Notes under the pieces: generated by a model
What the model saw: the letters and a program-made list of their open reading frames with translations, nothing else
The model's database searches: none
What the model was told of the DNA's origin: nothing
In this document: positions 47,637 through 58,723 of the stretch, piece by piece
Numbering within the stretch: the first letter of the stretch is position 1
How the letters are laid out: each line of letters starts with the position of its first letter
Made by a program: the position numbers and the translations under genes
From: Gemmatimonadales bacterium
GTDB taxonomy: Bacteria > Gemmatimonadota > Gemmatimonadetes > Gemmatimonadales > GWC2-71-9
Direction of reading: 5' to 3'
Assembly: GCA_037189525.1 (NCBI GenBank)
Contig: JBBCJC010000005.1
Span: 1,088,001 to 1,152,000, forward strand
Length of the DNA stretch: 64,000 bases

Positions 47637-48656
47637 TCAGCCCTGATAGGCGCCCAAGTAGGTGCGGGCCGCGGACAGAACCTGAGTTTGGACGTCGGCG
47701 AGGGTCCCGGCCAACGACAATCCCGCGGCTTTGACGTGCCCGCCGCCACCGAAGGGTTTGGCAAACCCCGCCACATCGACCGGACCAACCGATCGGAGCG
47801 AGACCTTGATCCGTCCCTGAGCAATTTCCCGGAACAGGAGCGCCATCCGAACGCCCGCGATCGACCGGGCATGCTCGATGATACCGTCCAGATCGTCCGG
47901 GCTGACCCGATGCCGCTCGACAGCGCCCGGCGGCACGGTAACCCACGCCAGCCCGGTCTCGGGCTCCACCACCAGCGTCTGCAGCACCTCGGCGAGGAGA
48001 CGCACCCGCCCTTCCGGCGCTCCCGCATAGACGTCGAGATAGATCGCCTCCGGATCGATGCCCTGGTCCAGCAACTCGGCCGCGATGCGCAGCGTCCGGG
48101 GATGGGTGTTGCTGAACCGGAACCCGCCGGTATCCGTCAGGATGGCGACGTAGAGGGCCCGGGCGGCCGCATGCGTCAGCGGCCAGCCGTTGGCCGCGGC
48201 AATCTCGACGATCAATTCTCCCGTGGCGGCGGCCGCCGGATCGACGTACCGCGGACCGTTAGGCAGCGTCCCCTGGCTGACGTGGTGATCGATGCAGCCG
48301 ACCGGAACGCCCCGCTCCCGCACGGTCTCCGCCAGCATGCCGAGACGCTCGAGATCGCTGATGTCGAGCACCACGATGAGATCGGCGCGCCGGAGGGCTT
48401 TGACGGCCTCGTCGCTGCGATCGACGCCGGGGAGGCCATCGAAGAGGAAGTTGAAGCGGGCCGGCGTCCGGGTCGGATTGGCGATGGTCGCCGACACGCC
48501 AAAGCCGCGCAGCAGGTGGACCAGACCGATTTCGCTGCCGAGTCCGTCGCCATCGGGGTTGACGTGGGTGGTCAGGCAGACGGACGCGCCGGGCGTAAAC
48601 GCACGCGCCAGTTCCTGAGCGGCGGACCGTTTTTCGTCGGTCAGATTGATGGGCAT
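47637..48656 (-). CDS. nrnA: DHH/DHHA1 phosphoesterase (NrnA oligoribonuclease/pAp phosphatase)
   Basis: HVNPDGDGLGS, VLD, IDHH, ILTDTGGF, KVSLRS, GGGGHVKAAG. Confidence 0.9.
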   Translation of the reverse strand: MPINLTDEKRSAAQELARAFTPGASVCLTTHVNPDGDGLGSEIGLVHLLRGFGVSATIANPTRTPARFNFLFDGLPGVDRSDEAVKALRRADLIVVLDISDLERLGMLAETVRERGVPVGCIDHHVSQGTLPNGPRYVDPAAAATGELIVEIAAANGWPLTHAAARALYVAILTDTGGFRFSNTHPRTLRIAAELLDQGIDPEAIYLDVYAGAPEGRVRLLAEVLQTLVVEPETGLAWVTVPPGAVERHRVSPDDLDGIIEHARSIAGVRMALLFREIAQGRIKVSLRSVGPVDVAGFAKPFGGGGHVKAAGLSLAGTLADVQTQVLSAARTYLGAYQG

Positions 48657-48790
48657 TGAGACAAAATAGACCGGCTCGACATCGCTTGGCGAGCCCGCTC
48701 TTTCGGCGCCGCGCGTCCTCCGACATCTTTGACCATCTTTGCGCCACCCCGGCGCCTACTGCCCCCGCCCTTTTCAGACTACGGTGACAG

Positions 48791-50017
48791 ATGCGCCGTC
48801 TCTCCCTGACGCATTGGATCCTGATTGCTACGCTGGTCGGCGCGGTGATCGGCTACCTCGATTTCTACGTCTGGCGCGAAACCGATCTTGCCACAGTGAT
48901 CCGCCCGTTTGCCACCATCTTCATCCGGCTGATCAAGTCCCTGGTGGCGCCTCTCATCTTTGCCACTCTCGTCATCGGGATCGCGGGGCAAGGCGACGAC
49001 GTCCGGCAGATCGGACGGGTCGCCCTCAAAGCCCTGATCTACTTTCAGATCGTCACCACCCTGGCGCTGATCATCGGAATGGTCGCGGCCCACCTCGGCC
49101 AGCCCGGTGCGGGCTTGAGCCTCGCCGGATCGGCCGAGGCGGGCGAGAAACTGGCCAGCACCCGCACGACGTGGCAGAGCGTCCTGGAGAATGCCGTCCC
49201 TACCAGCATCATCGACGCCATGGCGCGGAACGAGACGCTGCAGATCGTCTTCTTTGCGCTGATCTTCGGCACCGCGCTGACGCAGGTCAGCGGCAGGCCG
49301 CGCGAAGTGATGCTGGAGATGTGCGACAGCCTAGCGGAGGTGATGTTCAAGTTCACCGGGCTCGTGATGTTGTACGCGCCGGTGGGTGTCGCCGCGGCCG
49401 TGGCCGTCGCGATTGGCACCAACGGGCTCGGCGTCGTGGTCAGCCTCGGCAAGCTGGTGCTCACCCTCTACGGCGCGCTGCTGGTCCTCGTGCTTGGCGT
49501 GATGCTGCCCGCGGCGGTGATTGCCCGGCTCCGCATCGGGCGGTTCTGGCATTGGAGCCGACAGCCAACGCTGATTGCATTTACGACGGCGTCATCGGAA
49601 GCAGCGCTGCCGCGTGCACTCGAGAACATGGAGAAGTTCGGCGTTCCGAGGCGGATCGCATCGTTCGTTCTGCCGACCGGCTATTCGTTCAATCTCGCCG
49701 GGTCAACGCTCTATCTCGGCCTCGCATCGATCTTCGTGGCCCAGGCCGCCGGGATTACGCTCTCCTTCGGGACGCAGGTGGCGATGGTGCTGACGCTGAT
49801 GCTCACCAGCAAAGGCGTGGCGGGCGTTCCCCGGGCTTCGCTGGTGATCCTGTCCGGGACGTTGTCCCAGTTCGGCCTTCCGCTCGAAGGGATTGCCGTG
49901 ATCCTGGCCGTCGACGTGTTCATGGACATGGCACGCACCGCCGTCAACGTGCTCGGCAACTGCCTGGCGACCGCGGTGGTGGCCCGCTGGGACGGCGCGC
50001 TCGAGAATCGCGGCTAG
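48791..50017 (+). CDS. Dicarboxylate/amino acid:cation symporter (GltP/DctA family)
   Basis: FIRLIKSLVAPLIF, AFTTASSEAALP, FVLPTGYSFNL, LTSKGVAGVP, DMARTAVNVLGN. Confidence 0.94.
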   Translation: MRRLSLTHWILIATLVGAVIGYLDFYVWRETDLATVIRPFATIFIRLIKSLVAPLIFATLVIGIAGQGDDVRQIGRVALKALIYFQIVTTLALIIGMVAAHLGQPGAGLSLAGSAEAGEKLASTRTTWQSVLENAVPTSIIDAMARNETLQIVFFALIFGTALTQVSGRPREVMLEMCDSLAEVMFKFTGLVMLYAPVGVAAAVAVAIGTNGLGVVVSLGKLVLTLYGALLVLVLGVMLPAAVIARLRIGRFWHWSRQPTLIAFTTASSEAALPRALENMEKFGVPRRIASFVLPTGYSFNLAGSTLYLGLASIFVAQAAGITLSFGTQVAMVLTLMLTSKGVAGVPRASLVILSGTLSQFGLPLEGIAVILAVDVFMDMARTAVNVLGNCLATAVVARWDGALENRG

Positions 50018-50053
50018 CCGCAACGCAGTTCTTGCGCAGCTTAGGAAACGAGA

Positions 50054-50084
50054 ACGGGCCGGTGGAACATGTCCACCGGCCCGT
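50054..50084. terminator. Hairpin between convergent genes (likely bidirectional terminator)
   Basis: Perfect 13-bp stem ACGGGCCGGTGGA / TCCACCGGCCCGT with a 5-nt loop; U-tracts weak. Confidence 0.7.
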
Positions 50085-50107
50085 CATCGTTGTCGACTGC
50101 TTCAGGA

Positions 50108-51562
50108 TCAGACCTGCTCACCCCGTGCGCGCCGAGCCAGCTTCGAGTTGCGATAGCCGTAGAAGAAGTAGGACGCCACGCCGATCGCGAGCCAGATCAG
50201 GAGACGCTCCCAGGTCCGCCACGGCAGGAAGTACATCAGGTAGAGGCACGAGAGGATACCGGCCGGCGCAATGAACCACACGGCTGGAACCTTGAACGGC
50301 CGGGGAAGGTTCGGCTCCCGAATCCGCAGCAGCAGGACCGCGGAGCAGACGATCACGAACGCCAGCAGGGTGCCGATGGACACCAGCGATGCGGCTTCAC
50401 GCACGTTCAGGAATCCAGCCGGAATCGCGACCGCGACACCGAGCACGATCTGGGTGATCCAGGGCGTCTTGAACTTCGGGTGAATCTTGTTCACGGCCGC
50501 CGGAAGCAGCCCGTCATTGGCCATCGACCAGAAGACGCGGGCCTGCCCCATCAGCTGCACCAGAATCACCGACGACAGACCGGCAATGGCGCCGAGTTCG
50601 ATCAAGCGGGTCATCCAACCCAGTCCGGCCGCGCTCGCCACCTTGGCGATCGGATCCGGCACGTCCAGTTCCTGGTACGGAAGGACGCCTGTCGCAATCG
50701 CCGAGACGACGATGTAGAGGACGGTACAAATCACCAGCGATCCGATGATGCCGATCGGCATGTCACGCTGCGGATTCTTCGCTTCCTGCGCCGCGGTACT
50801 CACCGCGTCGAACCCGATGTACGCAAAGAAGACGATACCGGCACCGGCAATCACGCCCGTAATACCGAACTCTTCTCGATGCCCCAGGTTGGCCGGGATG
50901 AACGGCTGCCAGTTCGCCGGATCGATGGCCCGCCAGGCGAAGAGGATGAAGAGCAGGATGACGCCGACCTTGATGAACACGACGATGTTGTTCAGCGTGG
51001 CCGATTCCTTGATGCCGCGCACCAGGATCGCCGTCACCAGCAACACGATGAACATGGCCGGGAGGTTGAGGATGGCGGTGACCGTCGAACCATCGGCCAT
51101 CGTCACCTGGGTACCGGCCGCCGCGGAGAATGCGGCTGGTATGTGTATTCCTATGTTGTTGAGGAATGAGACCAGATAGCCGGACCAACCGATCGCGACC
51201 GTCGTCGCGGAAAGCGCATACTCGAGGACGAGATCCCAGCCGATGATCCAGGCGAAGATCTCACCGAGCGTCGCATACCCGTAGGTGTATGCGCTGCCGG
51301 CAATCGGGACCAGCGCCGCGAACTCGGAGTAACAGAAGGCCGCGAAGATGGCGGCTGACCCTGCGAGCACGAACGACAGGATGATGGCCGGTCCCGCGTT
51401 CCTCGCCGCTACCGTACCGGTCAGTACGAAGATGCCGGTTCCGATAATGGCGCCGATACCCAAGAACGTGAGGTTGAGCGGTCCGAGGACGCGCTGCAAC
51501 CCGTGTTCGGATGTTGCCTCCGCTTGTAAGTCGGCAATCGCTTTCCGACGAAATATCGACAT
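50108..51562 (-). CDS. APC-family amino acid permease (cationic amino acid transporter-like)
   Basis: GIGAIIGTGIFVLTG, AGSAYTY, IIGWDLVLEY, FFAYIGFDAVST..QEAKNPQRD, SIGTLLAF. Confidence 0.94.
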   Translation of the reverse strand: MSIFRRKAIADLQAEATSEHGLQRVLGPLNLTFLGIGAIIGTGIFVLTGTVAARNAGPAIILSFVLAGSAAIFAAFCYSEFAALVPIAGSAYTYGYATLGEIFAWIIGWDLVLEYALSATTVAIGWSGYLVSFLNNIGIHIPAAFSAAAGTQVTMADGSTVTAILNLPAMFIVLLVTAILVRGIKESATLNNIVVFIKVGVILLFILFAWRAIDPANWQPFIPANLGHREEFGITGVIAGAGIVFFAYIGFDAVSTAAQEAKNPQRDMPIGIIGSLVICTVLYIVVSAIATGVLPYQELDVPDPIAKVASAAGLGWMTRLIELGAIAGLSSVILVQLMGQARVFWSMANDGLLPAAVNKIHPKFKTPWITQIVLGVAVAIPAGFLNVREAASLVSIGTLLAFVIVCSAVLLLRIREPNLPRPFKVPAVWFIAPAGILSCLYLMYFLPWRTWERLLIWLAIGVASYFFYGYRNSKLARRARGEQV

Positions 51563-51697
51563 GGGCAATACTCGCAGTGATGAGACCACGCACAAGCCGC
51601 GCGGATGGGCCAAGCGAGACCCGCTCCGGCGGCACGGAAAATCGACAACGATATAAAACTGACGAACCCTACGAAAACACCGAACGAACGACGAACG

Positions 51698-53155
51698 TCA
51701 CTTACTGTAATTGGGCGCTTCCCGGGTGATGGTCACATCGTGCGGATGCGATTCCCGCAGACCCGCCGCGGTGATCTGGACCATTTCCGTATCACGCCTG
51801 AGTGCGACCAGATCGGCCGCCCCGCAGTACCCCATTCCGCTTCGCAGACCGCCCACCATCTGAAACAACACATCACCCACAGGCCCCCGATACGGCACTC
51901 GGCCTTCGATGCCTTCGGGAACCATCTTGGAGGGCGTCAACTCACCCTCCTGGAAGTACCGGTGGGCCGACCCGTCCTGCATGGCGGCGAGACTCCCCAT
52001 GCCGCGGATCATCTTGAACCGACGGCCCTCCGCCAGAACGGACTCACCCGGGCTTTCCTCGGTCCCGGCAAGCATCGACCCCATCATGACTGACGAGGCC
52101 CCGGCCGCCATGGCCTTCACAATATCGCCTGAATATTTGATTCCGCCATCCGCAATCACCGGAACGTCCCCGGCACCCCGGATCGCGTCCATGATGGCGG
52201 TGACCTGCGGTACCCCCACGCCGGTGACGACGCGAGTGGTACAGATGCTCCCGGGTCCAATGCCGACCTTGATCGCATCGCACCCGCGCCGAGCCAGTTC
52301 CCGGGCGCCAGCCTCGGTGGCCACGTTGCCGCCGATCAGCTGCGCATCCGGAAAGGTTTCCCGCAAACGGTCGATGGCCGACAGCACACCAGCACTATGT
52401 CCGTGGGCCGAATCGAGCACCAGCACATCGCATCCGGCGTCCAGCAGCGCCTTGGCCCGCGCCAAGGTATCCTGCCCGGCACCGAGCGCACCCGCGACGC
52501 GGAGCCGACCGTGCTCGTCTTTGTTGGCCTCGGGATACCGCTGACGCTTGAAGATGTCTTTGACGGTGATGAGCCCCTTCAGCACACCCGCTCCGTCGAC
52601 CACCGGCAGTTTCTCGATCCGATGCTGCGCCAGAATCCGTTCGGCCTCATCGAGGGTCGTGCCCACGGGCGCGGTAACCAGGTTGTCCTTGGTCATGGCG
52701 CCCTGGATCGGCCGATCGAGATCCCGCTCGAACTGGAGATCGCGATTAGTCAGGATGCCGATCAGCTTGCCGTGCGCATCCACGATCGGAACCCCGGAGA
52801 TGCGGAACCGCGTCATCAGCGTCGCGGCCTCACGAATCGGCCGGTCCGGACCGAGCGTGATGGGATTCAGAATCATCCCGCTCTCACTGCGCTTGACCCG
52901 ATCGATCTCGGCCGCCTGGCGGTCGATCGACATGTTCATGTGCACCACGCCGATCCCGCCGGCCCGCGCCATGGCGATGGCCATTTCCGCCTCGGTGACG
53001 GTGTCCATCGCGGCAGCAATGAGCGGGATGTTGAGGGGGATGCGGCTGGTCAGTTGGGTCCGAACGGAAACGTCACGCGGGTGAACGGCGCTTTCGCGCG
53101 GGACGAGAAGCACGTCGTCGAACGTAAGTGCGACGCCGGCGCGGAGCGAGCTCAT
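51698..53155 (-). CDS. guaB: IMP dehydrogenase
   Basis: [22 protein letters not shown] pair, [36 protein letters not shown]. Confidence 0.98.
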   Translation of the reverse strand: MSSLRAGVALTFDDVLLVPRESAVHPRDVSVRTQLTSRIPLNIPLIAAAMDTVTEAEMAIAMARAGGIGVVHMNMSIDRQAAEIDRVKRSESGMILNPITLGPDRPIREAATLMTRFRISGVPIVDAHGKLIGILTNRDLQFERDLDRPIQGAMTKDNLVTAPVGTTLDEAERILAQHRIEKLPVVDGAGVLKGLITVKDIFKRQRYPEANKDEHGRLRVAGALGAGQDTLARAKALLDAGCDVLVLDSAHGHSAGVLSAIDRLRETFPDAQLIGGNVATEAGARELARRGCDAIKVGIGPGSICTTRVVTGVGVPQVTAIMDAIRGAGDVPVIADGGIKYSGDIVKAMAAGASSVMMGSMLAGTEESPGESVLAEGRRFKMIRGMGSLAAMQDGSAHRYFQEGELTPSKMVPEGIEGRVPYRGPVGDVLFQMVGGLRSGMGYCGAADLVALRRDTEMVQITAAGLRESHPHDVTITREAPNYSK

Positions 53156-53270
53156 CGGAAACGAATCTCGAGTACGTGGGTGCAGTGTCCTGCGAAACAT
53201 CTGGCGGCGAGCATGGACGAATCTAGGGCGAACAGCCCATCGAATCAAGAACGAAATCGCCGCGGCGAGC

Positions 53271-53648
53271 CTAACGGCCTTCCGGGGAGCCGGCGCCCGA
53301 CGATCCGGTATCCGACGATTTGCCCGGGGGCACCGACTTGCTCGCGGGGCGCTCGACGGCCTGCATGGCTTCGTCCACGACCGCCTGGGCCGCCGCCGCC
53401 ACACCACGCATCACTTTGCCCGCGCTGTCCATCACGCCCATGGTGCCCGAGATGGCTTTGACCGGCACCTTGCCCGCCCGGAGGACGTCCTCGACCGTCT
53501 CCGTCACTCGCGCGAAGACGTTGGTCGGCGCCACCCGCTCGGCGTATTTGCTCTCGAGAAACTCGACGTAGTCGAGGATCTGATATCCGCGCTGGTCGCT
53601 CAGCGTCTCGAGCCGACGCATGATCCGCTGCTTGAGGTTCTCGTTCAT
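53271..53648 (-). CDS. Hypothetical protein
   Basis: Overlaps the upstream stop (ATGA); helical N-terminus '[25 protein letters not shown]'. Confidence 0.7.
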   Translation of the reverse strand: MNENLKQRIMRRLETLSDQRGYQILDYVEFLESKYAERVAPTNVFARVTETVEDVLRAGKVPVKAISGTMGVMDSAGKVMRGVAAAAQAVVDEAMQAVERPASKSVPPGKSSDTGSSGAGSPEGR

Positions 53649-54784
53649 CGTTCGACCACCTTGACGAATTCGAGCACGGGTGTCGGCAGAAACTTGGTCC
53701 GGCCGGACCGCAGTACCGCCTCGACGGTGACTTCGTCGAGCGGCGTGAGACGACGAAACTGCGCGGCCTGGTCACGCGTCACCATGACATAAGTGAACCC
53801 GCTCTCGGGCAACGGACCGCGCGCCAGCAGATACGGCTGTCCCTGCGGCATTTCCGGCCGCAGCGCATCCGCCTCCTGCACCGCCAGGAACTGGAGCCGC
53901 CAGGTGACCGTCTGGCCGAGATAGCGTTCGGGCGCTTCCCGCACCATGACGCCGGTGATGGCCGGAATGATCGGCGCGTCATCGGTGATGTCCTCGGCCC
54001 GAATCCAACCATCCATCCGAACCCGGACCCACTCACCGTCACGCTCGAGCACCGCGACCGTCGACCCGCCGGAGAAGGTGGCCACCGATTTCCCGTCGCG
54101 AGTCGGCGCGATGCCGGCTCCGGCTCTGAGCGCCGCCATCCCGGCCGCGACGCTCGGCGCCTGCCCGGCATCCGTGGGAGCAACCACCTGACGTACCGCC
54201 GGAGTCGAATCAGCGGGCCGCGTGGTGGTCGCCGCCGCGGGGGGCGGCACCGGAGCGGCCGACACTGGAGCGGGAGCAGGTGCTGGAGCGGGCGCGGTTC
54301 GATCCTGAGGCGCTGCGGGTGTGGCCGCCGTCTCGACCGTCGGGTCGCTCAGGCCGGACCGGACCACCCAACCCTCCCGCCGGACCCGGACCCAGCTACC
54401 GCGCGTCTCGGCCCGGCTGAGCAGGGTCCCTTCCTGCAGCCGCGCCGAGGTGCCGGTGCCGGGACCGGTTCTGAGTGGCTCACCCGAACGCGCGGTGACC
54501 ACGAGATCGAATCCGTCGCGGGTGGTTGCCTGGACCGATGAGGACGGCAGCCAGCCTTCGAGGGTGACCTGAACATGACCGTCGCGCGTGCGGCCCACCG
54601 AATAGGTGGTACCGGAAATCAGCGTCGCCAGCCGAATCCCGTTCGGATCTTTGAGCAGGGGCGCGGCGGCATTGGCACGGAGTCGGTTTTGACCGGACAG
54701 CGGCGAGGCGATGGCGACCAGAATGAGCGCCAGGCAGGCTGGTAGGCGACCCAGCCCCGAACTAGATTGCGGCAGCTTTAACAC
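53645..54784 (-). CDS. Exported protein with several SH3b-like domains and a Pro/Ala linker
   Basis: Signal-like region; repeated 'WVRVRxxGW' and 'VQVTLEGW' motifs. Start uncertain (GTG 54784 chosen). Confidence 0.68.
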   Translation of the reverse strand: MLKLPQSSSGLGRLPACLALILVAIASPLSGQNRLRANAAAPLLKDPNGIRLATLISGTTYSVGRTRDGHVQVTLEGWLPSSSVQATTRDGFDLVVTARSGEPLRTGPGTGTSARLQEGTLLSRAETRGSWVRVRREGWVVRSGLSDPTVETAATPAAPQDRTAPAPAPAPAPVSAAPVPPPAAATTTRPADSTPAVRQVVAPTDAGQAPSVAAGMAALRAGAGIAPTRDGKSVATFSGGSTVAVLERDGEWVRVRMDGWIRAEDITDDAPIIPAITGVMVREAPERYLGQTVTWRLQFLAVQEADALRPEMPQGQPYLLARGPLPESGFTYVMVTRDQAAQFRRLTPLDEVTVEAVLRSGRTKFLPTPVLEFVKVVER

Positions 54785-54813
54785 GTTTCGGATTGTAGAC
54801 GACGCTCGAAACC

Positions 54814-56358
54814 ATGTCAAACCGTAACGCCCCGGTCGCACTGATTGTCCTCGACGGCTGGGGCTATCGCAGCGACCCCAGAGACAACGCGATCGAACTC
54901 GGCCGGACTCCGGTCTGGCACCAGGTCTGGAACGGATCGCCCCGGACCCTGCTGGACGCGAGTGGGCTCGCCGTCGGGCTGCCAGCCGGCCAGATGGGCA
55001 ACAGCGAAGTCGGCCACCTCAATCTCGGTGCCGGCCGCGTCGTGATGCAGGACCTGGTCCGGATTTCCGAGAGCATTCGGACCGGCGCGTTTTTCGATCT
55101 CCAGGCCTTCCGCGAACTCGGCAGCCATCTGGCCCGCACCGGCGGTACCCTGCACCTGATCGGGTTGGTCGGCAACGGCGGGGTCCACGCCATCGATACC
55201 CATCTACTTGCCGCGCTCGAACTCGGTATGCGCCTGGGCGTCCAACGGATTGCGGTGCACGCCTTCCTCGACGGCCGAGACACGCTGCCGATGTCGGCGC
55301 TCGGATTCGTCGAGACACTGGCGGCGGATATTCGTCGCCTCACCGGCGGCCGCGGTGTGCTGGCCAGTTTGATCGGGCGGTACTTCGCGATGGATCGCGA
55401 CCGGCGCTGGGATCGCACCAAGCTCGCCTATGACCTGATGGTGCATGGTGTCGGTGGGGTCGCCACCGATCCGGTCGAGGCCATCAAAGCCGCCTACGAG
55501 CGGGGCGAGACCGACGAGTTCATCAAGCCGATCGTGATCCACCGGCACGGCGCGCCAGCTGCGCTGCTGCAGGACGGCGACGGTGTCTTCTGCTTCAACT
55601 ACCGCAGCGACCGGATGCGCCAGATCGTCCGCGCGCTGGCCATCGATGGCTTCGACGGGTTCCCGGTGGCCGACCGCCCCGCGCTCTCGCTGGTCACGAT
55701 GACGCAGTACGACGGCACTTTCGGGTTGCCCACGGCATTCCCGCCGTTCAACCTGGCCCGGATTCTGGCCGAAGTGCTGGCCGACGCCTCACGCACCCAG
55801 TTCCGCACCGCTGAGACCGAGAAGTATCCGCACGTCACCTATTTCTTCAACGGCGGCATCGAACCGCCCTATCCCGGCGAAGAGCGGCAGCTGATCCAGT
55901 CGCCCAAGGTGGCCACCTACGATCTGATGCCGGAAATGAGCGCCCAGGGCATTGCCGACGCGCTCTGCACGGCCATGACGAGACGGGCCCACGATTTCTT
56001 CCTCTGTAATTTTGCCAACGCCGACATGGTTGGTCACACCGGTGTGCCTTCGGCCATTCTTCGCGCGGTCGAAACGATCGACCAATGCCTCGGGCGGATC
56101 CTCGAAGCGGCCGAACGGAGCGGAACCCGCGTTCTGATCACGGCCGATCACGGCAACTGTGAGATGATGGTCGACCCCATCTCCGGCGGACCGCACACCG
56201 CGCACACCACCAATCCGGTCCCGTTCGTGGCCGTTGGCACCTCGTTCACCGGCCTACGATCAGGCGGCGCCCTCTGCGATGTGGCGCCGACGGTCCTCGA
56301 TCTGCTTGGCCTCGATCAACCGGTCGAAATGACCGGACGGAGTCTGTCTCGTGCTTAG
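54814..56358 (+). CDS. gpmI: 2,3-bisphosphoglycerate-independent phosphoglycerate mutase
   Basis: LIVLDGWG, GQMGNSEVGH, GRYFAMDRD, AETEKYPHVT, NADMVGHTG, TADHGN, HTAHT. Confidence 0.97.
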   Translation: MSNRNAPVALIVLDGWGYRSDPRDNAIELGRTPVWHQVWNGSPRTLLDASGLAVGLPAGQMGNSEVGHLNLGAGRVVMQDLVRISESIRTGAFFDLQAFRELGSHLARTGGTLHLIGLVGNGGVHAIDTHLLAALELGMRLGVQRIAVHAFLDGRDTLPMSALGFVETLAADIRRLTGGRGVLASLIGRYFAMDRDRRWDRTKLAYDLMVHGVGGVATDPVEAIKAAYERGETDEFIKPIVIHRHGAPAALLQDGDGVFCFNYRSDRMRQIVRALAIDGFDGFPVADRPALSLVTMTQYDGTFGLPTAFPPFNLARILAEVLADASRTQFRTAETEKYPHVTYFFNGGIEPPYPGEERQLIQSPKVATYDLMPEMSAQGIADALCTAMTRRAHDFFLCNFANADMVGHTGVPSAILRAVETIDQCLGRILEAAERSGTRVLITADHGNCEMMVDPISGGPHTAHTTNPVPFVAVGTSFTGLRSGGALCDVAPTVLDLLGLDQPVEMTGRSLSRA

Positions 56359-57070
56359 TATCCTGGTGCGCATCACATCGGCCGTCGTCCTTGCCGTTGC
56401 CCTTGCCGGGCCGGTCCAGGCGCAGGTCGGTCATGACCCGGCTCGCAGTCCCTATCGGGATCTTCGCTGGGGGCAGTTCATCTCCCTCTCGGCGGGCCAG
56501 GCCTTCGGAGCTGGCGGGTCCCACGGGCTCGGACCGCAGGACGGCCGCGTCATCTGGGCCCGGCACGAGTTCCTTGCCGATCGCCCGCTGACGATCGGGT
56601 TCGGCGCCGGCTACGCACAGCTGCAGCGGAACTTTGCCGACACCTCGTTGTCGGGCCAGGGATTCCGCGGTCCGGTCGACCAGAATGTCTGGTTTGCCGA
56701 AGGCGTCCTCCAGCTCAATCTGACCGGCGGCAAGACCTGGAACAGCCTTGCCCCGTACATCGGTCTCGGGCTCGGCCTGGCTTTCGGTGAAAATGTTCCC
56801 GAAGACCGGTCGGGCTACAAGTTCGGCACCAAGTTCTACTTTGCGCCCGCGGTCGGATTGCGCACATTCGTGACCCGGCGGCTCTATGTCCGCGCCGAGG
56901 CACGCGCGGTCTTCTGGAACCTGTCGTACCCGGCGCTCTACCGCACCTATGATCCGGATGGCCTGGGCCCGATGCAGCCGCTCCTGGCCGATCAGCCGCT
57001 CAAAGAGTGGGCGCCGACTCCCATGCTGCACGCCGGCCTGGGCTACGCCTTCCGCAACCCCTTCTTCTGA
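56351..57070 (+). CDS. Outer-membrane beta-barrel-like exported protein
   Basis: Signal peptide ending in AQ; alternating amphipathic strands (APYIGLGLG, LYVRAEAR, AGLGYAF). Confidence 0.65.
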   Translation: MLSILVRITSAVVLAVALAGPVQAQVGHDPARSPYRDLRWGQFISLSAGQAFGAGGSHGLGPQDGRVIWARHEFLADRPLTIGFGAGYAQLQRNFADTSLSGQGFRGPVDQNVWFAEGVLQLNLTGGKTWNSLAPYIGLGLGLAFGENVPEDRSGYKFGTKFYFAPAVGLRTFVTRRLYVRAEARAVFWNLSYPALYRTYDPDGLGPMQPLLADQPLKEWAPTPMLHAGLGYAFRNPFF

Positions 57071-57083
57071 CGATCGAGCGCCG

Positions 57084-57488
57084 GTGCAGCTCCGCCTGGT
57101 TCGCACGGTCACGTTCCGCGCCTGGCACCGGCTCAGCGATTCGCGCGCAACCGACGCGGACAATCGGGCGCGGTTCGGCGCGACAGCCGACGCGCATCCC
57201 CACGACTACCGGTGCGAGGTTGCCGTTACCGGCCCGGTGGACGAGCGCCTGCCGATGGTGATGGACCTGGCGACGCTGGACCGGCTGCTCACCGAGCAGG
57301 TGGTCGAGCCGTGGCACGGCAAATACCTCCATCGCGACGACCCCGCCTTCCGGGATACCCTGCCGACCTGCGAGGGAATTGCTCGCGAAGTCTTCCGACG
57401 GCTGGCCCCGCGACTCCCCACCGGCGTCCAGCTCGCGGCGGTGACCATCGCGGAAGACGACCGGCTGCGCGCCGAGTGCCGTCCCTGA
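57084..57488 (+). CDS. queD: 6-pyruvoyl-tetrahydropterin synthase / QueD family protein
   Basis: F.AWHRL, HPHDYRCEVAVTG, MVMDL, PTCEGIA, V.I.E pattern. Confidence 0.8.
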   Translation: MQLRLVRTVTFRAWHRLSDSRATDADNRARFGATADAHPHDYRCEVAVTGPVDERLPMVMDLATLDRLLTEQVVEPWHGKYLHRDDPAFRDTLPTCEGIAREVFRRLAPRLPTGVQLAAVTIAEDDRLRAECRP

Positions 57489-58081
57489 CCGTCCAGAGCG
57501 CGGTGATTGCCGGGGGCGACGCCCGCCGGCTGGGTGGCGTGCCCAAAGGCCTGCTCGAAGTACACGGCCGCCGGATCCTCGACCGGATCGTCGAGGCCTG
57601 CACGACAGCCTTCGGCCAGGCACCTTTGCTCATCGCCAATTCGCCAGCCGCGCACGAGTGGATCCCCGGACTCACGGTAGTGCCCGACCTGGTGCCAGGC
57701 CTGGGCCCGCTCGGCGGGATCCGAACCGCCGTCCGGACCGCGGGCGGGCCGGTCGTCTGCGTTGCCTGGGATCTCCCGTTCCTCACCCCCGAGCTGCTGC
57801 GCACCGTCGCGGCGCCGCTCGACCGGTATGATGCGGTCGTTCCCGAGAGCAGCCCCGGACGACTCGAACCGCTCTGCGCCGGGTATGGACCGGGGGCGTT
57901 GCCCGCGATCGACGCGGCGCTGGTGCGTGGGGATCATCGGGTCACCGGCTGGCTGACCGAGGTACGCCTCCATCGCATCGCGCCGGATGCGCTTGCTGCG
58001 CTCGGTGACGTTGCGCGGCTTTTTCTCAACATCAATACGGCGGACGACCTGGCTCGCGCCAATGCGGCCACCGCCCGATAG
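57476..58081 (+). CDS. mobA: Molybdenum cofactor guanylyltransferase
   Basis: IAGGDARRLGG..KGLL, GPLGGI, AWDLPF, EPLCAGY, NINTADDL. Confidence 0.9.
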   Translation: MPSLTVQSAVIAGGDARRLGGVPKGLLEVHGRRILDRIVEACTTAFGQAPLLIANSPAAHEWIPGLTVVPDLVPGLGPLGGIRTAVRTAGGPVVCVAWDLPFLTPELLRTVAAPLDRYDAVVPESSPGRLEPLCAGYGPGALPAIDAALVRGDHRVTGWLTEVRLHRIAPDALAALGDVARLFLNINTADDLARANAATAR

Positions 58082-58180
58082 CCGCTGCGACTCGACTTCC
58101 TACCACAAGCCAAGTACACTTTCGGAGTTCGGCCATGGAAGGCCGGACTCCACCGGGAGCGGGGCCTGCCCCGTCGTGCC

Positions 58181-58705
58181 ATGCGGCTCATCTCGATCGT
58201 CGGCCATCCACGCGCCGGAAAAACCACGCTACTCGCCATGCTCGCTCGGGAACTGAACCGGCGGGGTAAGCGAGTCGCGGCCATTCGAACCATGGCCGAC
58301 CCGTTCGAACAACTCGATCGGGCAGGTGATGCGGCGTCGATCGTCCACGAGGGCCAGCTCGACGGATTCCTGCAGATCGGGCGACACACGCGGATGCTGC
58401 TGGAACGCGCCGAAACCACTTCGGACACCGCCGATCTCGCCACCCGATACTTCGGCGATCGCGACCTGGTGCTGGCGGAGAACGCGATCGAAGCCGGTAT
58501 CCCCAAAGTCGAGGTCTTCCGATCGTCGCTCGGTCCGGCGCCGATTGCCGCCACCAGCCACACGCCGCAGGATTGGGTGGCCGTCCTGAGCGACGTCGAG
58601 CTGCCGTCGATCCGGTGTTCCGTGCTGCGATTCACGGATACGATGTGGCTGCAGTTCCTCGCGGCGCTGGTGTGGGATCGCGCACGGCGCTTCGAGACAC
58701 CCTGA
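58181..58705 (+). CDS. mobB: Molybdopterin-guanine dinucleotide biosynthesis protein B-like (divergent)
   Basis: ISIVGHPRAGKTTLL P-loop, DLVLAE, PKVEVFR; lies between mobA and moeA. Confidence 0.75.
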   Translation: MRLISIVGHPRAGKTTLLAMLARELNRRGKRVAAIRTMADPFEQLDRAGDAASIVHEGQLDGFLQIGRHTRMLLERAETTSDTADLATRYFGDRDLVLAENAIEAGIPKVEVFRSSLGPAPIAATSHTPQDWVAVLSDVELPSIRCSVLRFTDTMWLQFLAALVWDRARRFETP

Positions 58706-58723
58706 CACCCGCGATACCGACGG

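Noticed and set aside
51650..51697. ACGA-rich low-complexity tract (a similar one occurs at 10-25)
   Set aside because: Short, with no defined period; probably ordinary intergenic sequence downstream of minus-strand genes.
53156..53270. Purine-related riboswitch upstream of guaB
   Set aside because: No recognisable purine, ZTP or PRPP aptamer consensus and no terminator in the 115-nt gap.
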